Origin: Candidatus Enterousia sp.
GTDB lineage: Bacteria; Pseudomonadota; Alphaproteobacteria; Rs-D84
Reading direction: 5' to 3'
DNA length: 56,970 nt
Assembly: GCA_045614665.1 (NCBI GenBank)
Contig: JAZLDI010000026.1
Span: 1-56,970, forward strand
A program made the position numbers and the translations under genes. The first letter of the stretch is position 1. Each line of letters starts with the position of its first letter. The notes under the pieces were generated by a model. That model was not told the DNA's origin, did no database searches, and saw only the letters and a program-made list of their open reading frames with translations. Shown one piece after another: positions 28,621 through 38,397 of this stretch.

Positions 28621-28753
28621 GTAAATCCCCATCTGCGCCGCGTCGGCGCGATGGGCCCCATTCACTACGTAAGGTTCAAACTTCGTTTGCACTTGTTTTC
28701 ACCAACTGGCGTTCCGAACCCTTTTTGGGTTCTCGTCCGCGCCCCATACAAAA
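28621..28753 (-). repeat. tRNA-linked structured repeat module R (Lys copy)
   Basis: Homologous to 2302-2405; followed by a GAACCC-TTTTT-GGGTTC hairpin. Confidence 0.85.
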
Positions 28754-28785
28754 ACAAAACGACCGGCATGCGGTCGTTAATTTTC

Positions 28786-28861
28786 TGGTGGGGACACAGG
28801 GACTCGAACCCTGGACCCAATGATTAAAAGTCATTTGCTCTACCAACTGAGCTATGTCCCC
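28786..28861 (-). tRNA. tRNA-Lys(TTT)
   Basis: GGGGACA...AATGA-CTTTTAA-TCATT...GGTTCGAGTCC-TGTCCCC-A-CCA. Confidence 0.97.
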
Positions 28862-28964
28862 AAAACCGGACCTGGAAAGGGAGAACACTGGGTTCTGTTT
28901 CCAAGGTACGGGGGCAATTTTGACACATTTAAAATTAAAAATCAAGAAAAAATAACAAAAATTC

Positions 28965-29651
28965 TTATTTTTTATTTTTTGCCCCCTGCCCTGGAACTGA
29001 TTCTGGGGGCATCAAATGATGCGCCAGGTTAAGGGCAGCCACACTGTCTGCGTCCAACCAGTCCAAAATATACCCCATTATATTTTCAATATATTTCGCA
29101 GAAACTTGCCGATTTTTATGAAATTTTGTTTCGTTTATCAAATGTCCCATAGCGCGCGCAATGGATGATAAAATTTGAACTTGGTCTGGGGTCAGGGTGT
29201 TGGTTTGACTGTTCCGAAATAACAGTGTATCCAAATCATTATGACACGAATGCAATGCATCCAGGACGCGTGGTGTTATATTCAATCGGCGCGCTATTTC
29301 GGGCGCATGCCACACCAGCATTCGGTTTAAATTTTCCAGGCTTAATTTGTTACGCACCTCCATCGCGTCACGCAGCATCATTATCGTATTTACCAGAACA
29401 CTGTTTAGCTTATCGGTCATACTGTGGATAACAGACTTCTTCATTTGACGCGCGACACGAGAATTTGTGTAATCATACAGCAAGAACACCAACGGTATCG
29501 ACAACAGGGATGCCGAAACATTTATAACCAGATCCCGAATATTTGGATTTGGTGCATTATCAATAGCGCCTGTGTATAAAATAATACCACCGGCAATGGA
29601 CATCAAATACGGTAATGATTTTAATAAAAAAGTGCGGACATTTAGTTTCAT
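28965..29651 (-). CDS. Hypothetical membrane protein (2 N-terminal TM)
   Basis: Long ORF with hydrophobic N-terminus. Confidence 0.6.
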   Translation of the reverse strand: MKLNVRTFLLKSLPYLMSIAGGIILYTGAIDNAPNPNIRDLVINVSASLLSIPLVFLLYDYTNSRVARQMKKSVIHSMTDKLNSVLVNTIMMLRDAMEVRNKLSLENLNRMLVWHAPEIARRLNITPRVLDALHSCHNDLDTLLFRNSQTNTLTPDQVQILSSIARAMGHLINETKFHKNRQVSAKYIENIMGYILDWLDADSVAALNLAHHLMPPESVPGQGAKNKK

Positions 29652-29702
29652 ATCCGCATTGTATATTTTTTTATCTGGCAATATGTACAAGAACATAATC
29701 CC

Positions 29703-30944
29703 TTAGACAATATCATCACCGGCGGGACGCGTTGTTTTAAGAACACGAATATTTGGATTGTATTGCGCAGCACATCTGTTTTTGATAAACAACAAAGCCC
29801 ACATTCCTATAAGCACAATTATCGCGCCAAGTATGAATATACTGTAACGCCAACTGCCCATTGTGCCGCCCATACCAATAAGCAGGCATGTAATAACATA
29901 AATAACATTATCGCCGATGCTGTACAACGATAAAATTACAGAACGATAGCCAGATGGCAAGAAATCTTGGAACCGCGAATAAAGCAAAATATAGATTGCC
30001 GCAAACAATGCATACGCCGCCCCCAATGCCCATAGCCCCGCAACATTATAAAACACAGAAAACACCATATAAAGTCCACCCGCCATACATATCGCAGAAT
30101 ATAAAACCCAATCCGGTACAAATTTAAAACGGTGCGCAAAGGTTTGCCCCAGAACACTGCACCCAAGTGCAAAAAACTGAACCAATCCTACATAAACCAC
30201 CGGCAGTCCAATTTCAACACCTATCGGGCTTAGATAATCATCCAAATAGCAAATATTACTGACCAGCAGAGTCAACATCAGCATCAAAAATATGCACGGT
30301 GTTTGAATACAAATGCGGGTTCCCGTACGAAATAATTTTATAAAATTTGTCTTGCGGACACGCTTTGGCGCGATACGTGGATGTGCACGTAACTGAATAC
30401 GATTAATACAAATCATAGAAATCGCGATCGAAAGCAAAGATGCCAGTGTTATCCATTCATATCCTACAAACATTAACAGCGACCCAAATGCAGACAACGC
30501 CGCCGCAACCGCAGATACATTATAACGCGTTCCCAAAACACGCGCATAAATATCGTGATGACGTCGGGCACGCAATTCATCGTACAGCATGCCTTCGTAT
30601 GCAACGTTATAAAACGCTGTCATCGTCCCCCACAGGAACATTCCAATTGCGAACCCCCAATAAGTCGGCCAAATCAGCCATAAAACGAAAGCGATTGCCT
30701 TTAATATCTGGCCTAGATTTATCGCATTTTTTACCCCCAGGTTATTGGTTATCCAAGTAACTGGAATTTGTGTCATAAAAGTCCCCACAGACAAGATAAT
30801 AAACAGCGAGGATAACTGCATATCAGACATGCCGTGATTCTGCATAAATACGGCATATACAGGTGTTAGCAATATCAATTTATTAAAAAATGCGTAAGCA
30901 TAAACATTCGTCAAAAAGCGACGTAAAGATGTCTTCTTTTTCAT
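29703..30944 (-). CDS. MFS transporter
   Basis: About 12 hydrophobic helices; QIPVTWITNNLGVK motif-A-like; EGMLYDEL. Confidence 0.85.
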   Translation of the reverse strand: MKKKTSLRRFLTNVYAYAFFNKLILLTPVYAVFMQNHGMSDMQLSSLFIILSVGTFMTQIPVTWITNNLGVKNAINLGQILKAIAFVLWLIWPTYWGFAIGMFLWGTMTAFYNVAYEGMLYDELRARRHHDIYARVLGTRYNVSAVAAALSAFGSLLMFVGYEWITLASLLSIAISMICINRIQLRAHPRIAPKRVRKTNFIKLFRTGTRICIQTPCIFLMLMLTLLVSNICYLDDYLSPIGVEIGLPVVYVGLVQFFALGCSVLGQTFAHRFKFVPDWVLYSAICMAGGLYMVFSVFYNVAGLWALGAAYALFAAIYILLYSRFQDFLPSGYRSVILSLYSIGDNVIYVITCLLIGMGGTMGSWRYSIFILGAIIVLIGMWALLFIKNRCAAQYNPNIRVLKTTRPAGDDIV

Positions 30945-31089
30945 AATTCCATTCCATTATTGATGGAATTATAACCCATTTCGAGGACAAAATGTATAAA
31001 TTTTAATTTTAAATCAAAATTTCCCAAAAATATTGAATTTTTGTCAAATTTACACTATAATAAGTGAGATAAGAACAAAGGCGGCACAG

Positions 31090-33471
31090 ATGGCTAATAT
31101 GAAAGATTTTTTAACAGCATATTACAACAGACTGATATTTCGTGAAATGTCGCACGAACAGTTTGTTCAATTCTGTGGATATATCAAGGATAAAAAGGCA
31201 ACAGACAATCAAAAAATCTGGGCTGAAGAGTTATTAAAAAAAGATCCTGTTACTGGTGAATTTGAAACCATTCCTGGGACAAATATATACGTAAAAAAGG
31301 AAATACCAGATCCACTGGATCCAGCAGACGAGTTATATTTAGGTGCAGACGACAAAGAATGGAAAAAACTGTTCAAGGCATTTCAAACGGCCTTTCAGTC
31401 TATGGATGGTGCAAAAAGCAGTTTTAAATATAACGATAAAGCCAACAAGTTCTTAGAGAAATACTTTGGTTCCCATACAACTGGAACAACAACGATTCAG
31501 CACCTGTTCCAATATACAAAAGCGACCCCAGCGGCCAAGACCAAGATTGGACCCGCACCAGCCGGCTCAACAACCGTTACATTGCATGGTTTTTTAACGA
31601 AGTACAGAAATCGATTAGAATTACAATTAAAAAACTGGGGTGTGTTAAATGATGATTTTTCGTACGACGATTTATTAAGCGGAATCGCATCTGAAAAATA
31701 TAATAAAAACCCAAAGTTCAGAAAACAGATGGAAAATGTCGCCCAGGTAATTGATGGGTACATTGCCGGCGACACAACAATGCAGGCCAGACTGGGGATT
31801 TCAAATCCGAACGATATTCCAGATTGTGGGGATGTTTCACAATGGTTTGATGATGACAATATTCCTACATTTCGTCTGCAACAATTTAAAAATGAATACC
31901 CTGTACTGTTAAATACATTGCGCAAAGAATCGAAAGTGCGCGAGGTTTTTGAAAAATATGACGAAGGCAAGATATCGGGGCCATTAAATAAAGCCTTGGC
32001 CAATCAGTCTTACGACAATCCAAACAGCGATGATTATGTTCAACCAAAGCGCGAAGATACCCTTACAATCCCAGAACGACTTTCCGAATGGTGGGGTGAC
32101 ACGTATTCAGATTGTCTGGAAAAATATATTAAATTAAGTGGGGACAGATTATACTTTTCCCCCCAGGCCAAAGCAATTGCGGGAAAATTCCCCAAGGATT
32201 TAAAAAAGACAGACGGACTGGACGGAGTGTTAAAACATACCAGTTCTATACAAAACAAGTTAAAGGAAGCACGTGATTTTGAATCTGCCAAGCACGTCGA
32301 ATGGTTTGGGAAAATATTGACCACATTGAAAAACGATAAAAAGTTATCCAAGGTTTGGGCCGGCGCACTAAAAAACGGCACACATATGCAAGCACTGGTT
32401 AAAGAAATAATGATTCGCGCTATAAAAGAAGGCAAAGTCAAAGAAGCTAAAACCGCACTGGAATTGATTTCTGTATTGCACTATGGATATACCACCAGCA
32501 AGGTAATGGACACATTGGCAAAAACAGATTTTACCGTATTTTCTGATAAAAGTTTGTCTTTTAATAAAACTGACGGGGTAAAATTTGTAACAAATGCGCT
32601 GGACAAGGGGATTAAAACCGCTTTTATGGGAATTGGATATGGCATTACAATGATCGGAAATGCAGTCAAATTATCTGGACGTAAAATAAACAAGTTCTCT
32701 GATAAAAATGGCAATTTTAAATCCGAACACGACCAATATTTACAGCAACAACAAAATGATAGACTGTCGCTGGAAAATCTGCTGACAAATGAACGTACGC
32801 AAAGAACGAATACAGAAGCAACCATCAACACGATTACAGCCGGTCGAACCGTTGCACAAGCACAAACCGATCTGACAAATGACATTACCAACCTGGAAAC
32901 CCTTATCAACAATTTCTGTACCACCGAGATTCAAGCATTGAGACACGCAATCAATCAAACCGTGTACAATGTTAGTTCAACCGGCACATGGGCACCAATC
33001 GCAAATGATACGGAATTAACCGCACTGGATACTTTTCTGAATTCAATATCGGGGGATACATTGGCGGCGATGCCAACTCTGACTGGTACAGACCCAAGTA
33101 TTCCAGTATTACAAAACCACCTGAACACGATTGCGGCACAACACGCAACCTTGGTTGCCAACAGAGGACAATTGGCAACTAAACAACAAAATTTAGACGA
33201 TCTGGTGAATGGAACGGAATTACTGACGCAATTAACCGCCCAAATTACAGAGCACGAAAATGAAGTTAACAACTGGGACGCAAATCATATAGACGAACTG
33301 GAAGAACTGGTTAAATATTGGAATATGCTGGAAACTGGTCGTAACACACATATGGGACCAATGTACAATTGGTTACGCAACCTTAAAAAGAAAAATGCAC
33401 AAAAACGTTTTGACCGCGAGGTTCCAAACATAATATCCGCATATAATCAATCTCATACCATTGCGGCTTGA
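31090..33471 (+). CDS. Large hypothetical protein with C-terminal coiled coil
   Basis: ~790-aa ORF; heptad-rich Q/T/N/L C-terminal third; no recognisable motif. Confidence 0.6.
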   Translation: MANMKDFLTAYYNRLIFREMSHEQFVQFCGYIKDKKATDNQKIWAEELLKKDPVTGEFETIPGTNIYVKKEIPDPLDPADELYLGADDKEWKKLFKAFQTAFQSMDGAKSSFKYNDKANKFLEKYFGSHTTGTTTIQHLFQYTKATPAAKTKIGPAPAGSTTVTLHGFLTKYRNRLELQLKNWGVLNDDFSYDDLLSGIASEKYNKNPKFRKQMENVAQVIDGYIAGDTTMQARLGISNPNDIPDCGDVSQWFDDDNIPTFRLQQFKNEYPVLLNTLRKESKVREVFEKYDEGKISGPLNKALANQSYDNPNSDDYVQPKREDTLTIPERLSEWWGDTYSDCLEKYIKLSGDRLYFSPQAKAIAGKFPKDLKKTDGLDGVLKHTSSIQNKLKEARDFESAKHVEWFGKILTTLKNDKKLSKVWAGALKNGTHMQALVKEIMIRAIKEGKVKEAKTALELISVLHYGYTTSKVMDTLAKTDFTVFSDKSLSFNKTDGVKFVTNALDKGIKTAFMGIGYGITMIGNAVKLSGRKINKFSDKNGNFKSEHDQYLQQQQNDRLSLENLLTNERTQRTNTEATINTITAGRTVAQAQTDLTNDITNLETLINNFCTTEIQALRHAINQTVYNVSSTGTWAPIANDTELTALDTFLNSISGDTLAAMPTLTGTDPSIPVLQNHLNTIAAQHATLVANRGQLATKQQNLDDLVNGTELLTQLTAQITEHENEVNNWDANHIDELEELVKYWNMLETGRNTHMGPMYNWLRNLKKKNAQKRFDREVPNIISAYNQSHTIAA

Positions 33472-33567
33472 TTTTTTTGTCTTTTTGTGATATAATATAA
33501 GCATTCACACCGTCATTTGTGGCGGTGTTTTTTTATTAACAATCTTTTACAAATTTAAGGAATAAAT

Positions 33568-34161
33568 ATGTCTAAAATTCTGCAAGTGCGACGCGGAACA
33601 GCTGATGCACATAATAATTTTACGGGTATGCCGGGCGAACTGTCCTTTGATACGGATGCAAAAACATTGCGGGTACACGACGGGGAAACACTGGGGGGAT
33701 TTGCGTTGGCGCGTGCTGATCAAATCCCCACCCCGGGCGATGGTGTTGGTGCGGATGGCCAATTCGACATCACAAATATTTCTGATGATTTTTGGCGCGA
33801 AACAATCACACGATGTGCCCCCGCCCCATTCACAATCACAGACAGCCCGAAAATGAAACTTAACAGTTTAATTCCATATACCGAATGCATATTGGGAAAT
33901 ATAAATACAATTCCGGCAATTGTTAATATTTCATTGGAATGCCAGAGTCCGGACGCAGGATACGCCATTGGTGATATGGTTGCCGCATTTGGCATCGGCG
34001 ACAGAACAAGTCCTGCACCAAATGTTTGGGTGGATATAAACGGCCTGCACATCCGATTTATGATTGCCAATGAACAATTCTGGGTCAGTCACAAGACAAG
34101 TGGCATTCGTACAAATGTCACACCAGAAAATTGGATGATGATATGCCGAGTTTACTGTTGA
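33568..34161 (+). CDS. Protein with phage tail-fibre/Mtd-like (hyaluronidase-N) N-terminal domain
   Basis: LQVRRGTADAHNNFTGMPGELSFDTDAKTLRVHDGETLGG. Confidence 0.7.
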   Translation: MSKILQVRRGTADAHNNFTGMPGELSFDTDAKTLRVHDGETLGGFALARADQIPTPGDGVGADGQFDITNISDDFWRETITRCAPAPFTITDSPKMKLNSLIPYTECILGNINTIPAIVNISLECQSPDAGYAIGDMVAAFGIGDRTSPAPNVWVDINGLHIRFMIANEQFWVSHKTSGIRTNVTPENWMMICRVYC

Positions 34162-34215
34162 AAAAAATAAAAACGTTTGCTATGCTGACCCCGTCAATTA
34201 ATCAAAGGGGATAAA

Positions 34216-35457
34216 ATGTACATACTTGCACTGAACTGTGGTTCATCTTCATTAAAATATCAGGTTTTTGACGCTGATTCCAAACAGGCGATTGTTGGCG
34301 GAAACGTCGAAAAAATCGGTCTGCCGGATTCTTTCGTCACACAAAAATACCCAGATGGCACAAAACAGAAAAAAGAAACATCTATGCAAAATCATAACGA
34401 AGCATTAAATGTTGTTCTGTTTATGCTGCGCGAGGCATCCATTGACCTGAATGAAATCAAAGGTGTTGGACATCGCGTTGTTATGGGTGGTGATAAGTTC
34501 GCATCATCTGTTGAAATCAATGACGAAGTGATTAAAACAATTGATGAATTGTCGGCAATTGCACCGTTGCATAACCCGTCTGCATTGATGGGTATTGTCA
34601 CCGCAAAGCAATTATTGCCAAACGCAACCCAGGTTGCCGTATTTGATACCGCATTTCACCAGACAATGCCGGATTATGCGTATCGCTATGCGGTGCCCAG
34701 TGCGTGGTATCGTGAATTGGGCGTTCGTCGCTATGGTTTCCACGGGACCAGCCATCTGTACGTATCCAAACGTGCGGCAACAATGCTGGGCAAACCTGCT
34801 AATGAATGCAATTTAATCACATTGCATATCGGGTCAGGCGCATCAGCCACGGCAATTCGCAACGGTGTATCGGTTGACACATCATTGGGCATGACGCCTC
34901 TGGCGGGGTTAACAATGGGAACTCGTCCAGGCGATTTGGATCCGGGTGTGGTCTTGTATGTAATGCAACGTTTGGGGCTTAGTGCAGACCAGATGCAAAA
35001 ACACTTGAACAAGGATTCTGGATTGATGGGTATCACAGAATGCTTTGCGGACCGTCGCGATGTCGAAGGGAACAAAGATGAAAATGATTTGTGTCGTTTA
35101 GCCATTGATATGGAGGCACACAATGTAAAAAAATACATTGGTGCATTTATGGCAGAATTGGGACATGTTGATGCGCTGGTATTTACCGCAGGTGTTGGTG
35201 AAAATGATGATTATCTGCGTGAAAAGTTCTGTTCAGGATTGGAAGAACTGGGGATTAAGCTGGATACGGAAAAGAATGCAGTGGCCCTGGCGCGTAAGGG
35301 TGTCGACCAAGCCATCATCAGCACAGACGACAGTCGTGTTAAAATCCTTATGATTGCGACAAATGAAGAGTTGGTAATTGTTGAAGACACACTGGCAATT
35401 ATGAATGGTACATATAATCCAAACCATCTGGAAATGGATTATTCATTTGTAAAATAA
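34216..35457 (+). CDS. ackA: Acetate kinase
   Basis: LNCGSSSLKYQ, GHRVV, APLHNP, FDTAFH, YGFHGTSH, TNEE. Confidence 0.95.
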   Translation: MYILALNCGSSSLKYQVFDADSKQAIVGGNVEKIGLPDSFVTQKYPDGTKQKKETSMQNHNEALNVVLFMLREASIDLNEIKGVGHRVVMGGDKFASSVEINDEVIKTIDELSAIAPLHNPSALMGIVTAKQLLPNATQVAVFDTAFHQTMPDYAYRYAVPSAWYRELGVRRYGFHGTSHLYVSKRAATMLGKPANECNLITLHIGSGASATAIRNGVSVDTSLGMTPLAGLTMGTRPGDLDPGVVLYVMQRLGLSADQMQKHLNKDSGLMGITECFADRRDVEGNKDENDLCRLAIDMEAHNVKKYIGAFMAELGHVDALVFTAGVGENDDYLREKFCSGLEELGIKLDTEKNAVALARKGVDQAIISTDDSRVKILMIATNEELVIVEDTLAIMNGTYNPNHLEMDYSFVK

Positions 35458-35483
35458 AAAATCCCCCAAATGGGGGATTTTTT

Positions 35484-35633
35484 TTAACAACCGCCGGTCA
35501 TATTGCCGATGATTTTCGAAACTGAAATATCTTTGTGTAACAAGAAATCATATTCACAATTACCAGATTTATAAGAACCGGTACACGCGGCCAATGTCAT
35601 AACGGCAAATAATGCCAATAATGCTTTTTTCAT
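35484..35633 (-). CDS. Small lipoprotein, YhfL/DUF4223-like (below ORF-track cutoff)
   Basis: MKKALLALFAVMTLAAC-TGSYKSGNCEYDFLLHKDISVSKIIGNMTGGC*; AAGGAG RBS; lipobox. Confidence 0.7.
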   Translation of the reverse strand: MKKALLALFAVMTLAACTGSYKSGNCEYDFLLHKDISVSKIIGNMTGGC

Positions 35634-35701
35634 AGTGTCTCCTTTTGTGTTTTTGTGAAAACATTCTTATTATAAATTATCCATATGCAATATGCAAATT
35701 T

Positions 35702-36055
35702 TTATATTGCATTCTTGAACCAGATGAGACGCCAACCACACACCGCAATCACATCAAATCTGGCATCGCCCATCCAGCCCCGCTGAATCAGGTACGTATC
35801 CGCCGCCGCACGCAGACGTCGTGCCTGGGGCGTGGAGATGGCATCACAGGCGGTGCGTATATCTGGGCGTGATTTTACCTCTATAAAAACAATTAAATTA
35901 CCGCGTTGCGCAATTATATCAATTTCGGCACGGTTCGTATGACGACCCGTTACATAGCGATTATGCAAAATGCGAAACCCGTGCAGCCGCAAATACATCC
36001 GCGCAATAAATTCCGCACGCAATCCCCGGCGATATGAGTTTACATTAGAACGCAT
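35702..36055 (-). CDS. yraN: YraN family (UPF0102) protein
   Basis: GLRAEFIA, EIDIIA, FIEVKSR, RFDVIAV. Confidence 0.88.
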   Translation of the reverse strand: MRSNVNSYRRGLRAEFIARMYLRLHGFRILHNRYVTGRHTNRAEIDIIAQRGNLIVFIEVKSRPDIRTACDAISTPQARRLRAAADTYLIQRGWMGDARFDVIAVCGWRLIWFKNAI

Positions 36056-36815
36056 ATGATTTTGCTTTGAAGTTTTCACGGGCTTGTTGAATATTTCTGG
36101 ATTCGTCCGCGGCGCGACGTCCATTGTCAACCAAATCCAGTGCACCATAATATGCCGTCATTACCGGATCATATGCATTGTCAGACGATACCCATTTATC
36201 CGTACCAGAATTTGGTGCACCATATTTATCCAGCACACTTTGCCAGAACGCCATAATTTTCTTTTCGCGCTGGTTTTCGAATTTTTCAGATTCACCCTCT
36301 AATTCGTTAACATCATTGTTATATACAACACGCCATACGACGTTATCAGTCGCATTACTGGTAAAATAAACATCCAATGTTTCGCCGGTATTTTCACGCA
36401 CCAGATGCATTTCAGATGCGTACAGCAAACCACGATTTTTTGCCAATGTACGCACACAATGTTCTAATTTTTCAGGGATAAATATGCCATCTTGGCGACA
36501 CTCGTAATCCAGGTTATATTTCCAATCTTTGTGTATGGAATAAATGATACTGTTTTTCTTGCGCGGGGCATATAGCCCTTTGGTCTTGTAAAACAGATTT
36601 TCCACATCATCAAATCCCATCCCCAGCATCACACCCGCAATGTCAAACCCCGATACACCTGTACCGGTCGCATTATCATTTAATGTTATAGCATCTAACA
36701 TAAAATCTGCATCCGCACCATCGGTTATCGCAAATTCATCAAAATCAAAATCATCCGCGTACGCACCACCGATTACGCATAAAAACAATAAAAAAATACT
36801 TAATTTTTTAATCAT
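36045..36815 (-). CDS. Exported hypothetical protein
   Basis: Signal peptide; FDIAGVMLGM...DKYGAP. Confidence 0.6.
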   Translation of the reverse strand: MIKKLSIFLLFLCVIGGAYADDFDFDEFAITDGADADFMLDAITLNDNATGTGVSGFDIAGVMLGMGFDDVENLFYKTKGLYAPRKKNSIIYSIHKDWKYNLDYECRQDGIFIPEKLEHCVRTLAKNRGLLYASEMHLVRENTGETLDVYFTSNATDNVVWRVVYNNDVNELEGESEKFENQREKKIMAFWQSVLDKYGAPNSGTDKWVSSDNAYDPVMTAYYGALDLVDNGRRAADESRNIQQARENFKAKSYAF

Positions 36816-36829
36816 ATTTTCGTGTTTCC

Positions 36830-37471
36830 TTACTCTATGTCATCGACCCGAAACCTGAATATAAGCGATGGATCACCACCGTTCTCTAAGAATTTTCCTA
36901 AATCAAATTTTTCAAGATTCATTGTGGGGCGGATACCTGGCTCATACGCCAATTTTATATACATTGTGCCACGTGTAACCACCGGGGCATGCGATAAATC
37001 GTTCGGTTTTTCCCAGGTTGTTAATTCATACGTTACCGTCCACCAATTATCACTGTCGATTGGTAATTCCATATCAAGCATCCGGGCCATACGCATCTGG
37101 TGCATGTCCGCCATTGTCGTAATCTCTGTTCCAATCGTCTGGGCCCATTCGTTGAATACATCCGGCGTCACCATACGACGCAATCCAATGGATCCGTCCA
37201 GACGCGCCGCCACATTTTTGGCATCTGGAATAACATAGAAATACTCAGTTATAAATTTATCAACAAGCATTTCACGAATTTTGTCAGCACTTAAATCGTT
37301 CAAGGACGCCGGCACACCAATTCGACGCGATGATAAATCCGCCGGCTGAAAAAAGAATGTGTCAATTGTCTGTTGCGATGCAGTATCATAGATTGCGCCA
37401 CCAACAACCACCATTCCAACCGTCAGGCACATCAAAACCAATCCCGAAAAAAACATAATTAGTTTTTTCAT
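36830..37471 (-). CDS. VirB8-like bitopic membrane protein (divergent)
   Basis: N-terminal TM; periplasmic helix then beta-strand pattern; coupled to a clearer VirB8 homologue. Confidence 0.45.
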   Translation of the reverse strand: MKKLIMFFSGLVLMCLTVGMVVVGGAIYDTASQQTIDTFFFQPADLSSRRIGVPASLNDLSADKIREMLVDKFITEYFYVIPDAKNVAARLDGSIGLRRMVTPDVFNEWAQTIGTEITTMADMHQMRMARMLDMELPIDSDNWWTVTYELTTWEKPNDLSHAPVVTRGTMYIKLAYEPGIRPTMNLEKFDLGKFLENGGDPSLIFRFRVDDIE

Positions 37472-38163
37472 CTGTTACCTATGTTATATGCGTTAAAATC
37501 CATTACGTAAAAACCCAATGTGTTGGGGTAATTGCCCATATCGCGCCCCAGTTTAATGTATGCCATAACCTGGATTGGACCATATACACCGGAATCAATC
37601 TGGGTCAGAATACGCCACGTTCCACCATTGTCTGTTACATCGGCCGTTTCATTCAAATATATGTTATCGACATCCACAGACCACGTTTCGCCCGCGGCAA
37701 TGCGTTCCTGGTATTCTGGGACAATATTGTATATGAAATAGTTATATAATTCATCACCCGCGTTACAAAATATTTGTGCATTATTCGAACGATTATCGGC
37801 GTTACATTCGGCCCTATCTGCGAAGCCATACCATATATCTTCGTTTTCAGATCGAATACCGGAAATTGTATACCAATTTTGGGTGAATCTTGCGATTACA
37901 GATTCTTGCATTGCACGATTTGCAGATATCGAACGTTCCCCGTGATCGTGACCAACAACGGCCCACGCACCCGTTACATCATCAACAGAAACCAAAAATG
38001 GGTGAATTTGTTGAGAACGTGATGCCCATAAAATCATCCCGCCCGTCACAATAATCAATACAAAAATAACCATTATCACAATCGCCATCACTCGTGACAG
38101 CGCAATCCGCGGCCCCGCGGGAAATGTTGGCGTATCAAAACTGTCCGGATATCTCAAAATCAT
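37468..38163 (-). CDS. VirB8-like type IV secretion protein
   Basis: TM then PFLVSVDDVTG; C-terminal NTLGFYVMDF (VirB8 NPLGF motif). Confidence 0.65.
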   Translation of the reverse strand: MILRYPDSFDTPTFPAGPRIALSRVMAIVIMVIFVLIIVTGGMILWASRSQQIHPFLVSVDDVTGAWAVVGHDHGERSISANRAMQESVIARFTQNWYTISGIRSENEDIWYGFADRAECNADNRSNNAQIFCNAGDELYNYFIYNIVPEYQERIAAGETWSVDVDNIYLNETADVTDNGGTWRILTQIDSGVYGPIQVMAYIKLGRDMGNYPNTLGFYVMDFNAYNIGNR

Positions 38164-38193
38164 CCCCCCGTATGCAGTCCGGTGTAAAATAAA

Positions 38194-38340
38194 CTAGGCC
38201 TGGTATACCATAATGCAAGCGCACGGACTTAATTTCAATTCATTGTTGTCGTATCCAACACCAACCGGTTCACGATCATAAACCTGGCCACAGCCGGCAA
38301 GACACAGCGCAACAAACAATCCCAATAATACTTTTTTCAC
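38194..38340 (-). CDS. Small lipoprotein, VirB7-like by size and position (below ORF-track cutoff)
   Basis: GTG start, AAGGAG RBS; MKKVLLGLFVALCLAGC-GQVYDREPVGVGYDNNELKLSPCACIMVYQA*. Confidence 0.6.
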   Translation of the reverse strand: MKKVLLGLFVALCLAGCGQVYDREPVGVGYDNNELKLSPCACIMVYQA

Positions 38341-38397
38341 GGCTTACTCCTTTCCCTTTTACCGAATTATAAGAAAAATTCACGCATATCGTCAAGA

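Noticed and set aside
28866-28912. Hairpin upstream of tRNA-Lys (TGGAAA...AGAAC/GTTCT...TTTCCA)
   Set aside because: Single short hairpin in a tRNA leader with no second copy or other support.
28438-29032. Several short ORFs around tRNA-Lys
   Set aside because: They overlap the tRNA and its repeat; their internal peptide repeats only reflect the DNA duplication.
33568-34161. Diversity-generating retroelement target (Mtd-like)
   Set aside because: No reverse transcriptase and no TR/VR repeat pair seen.
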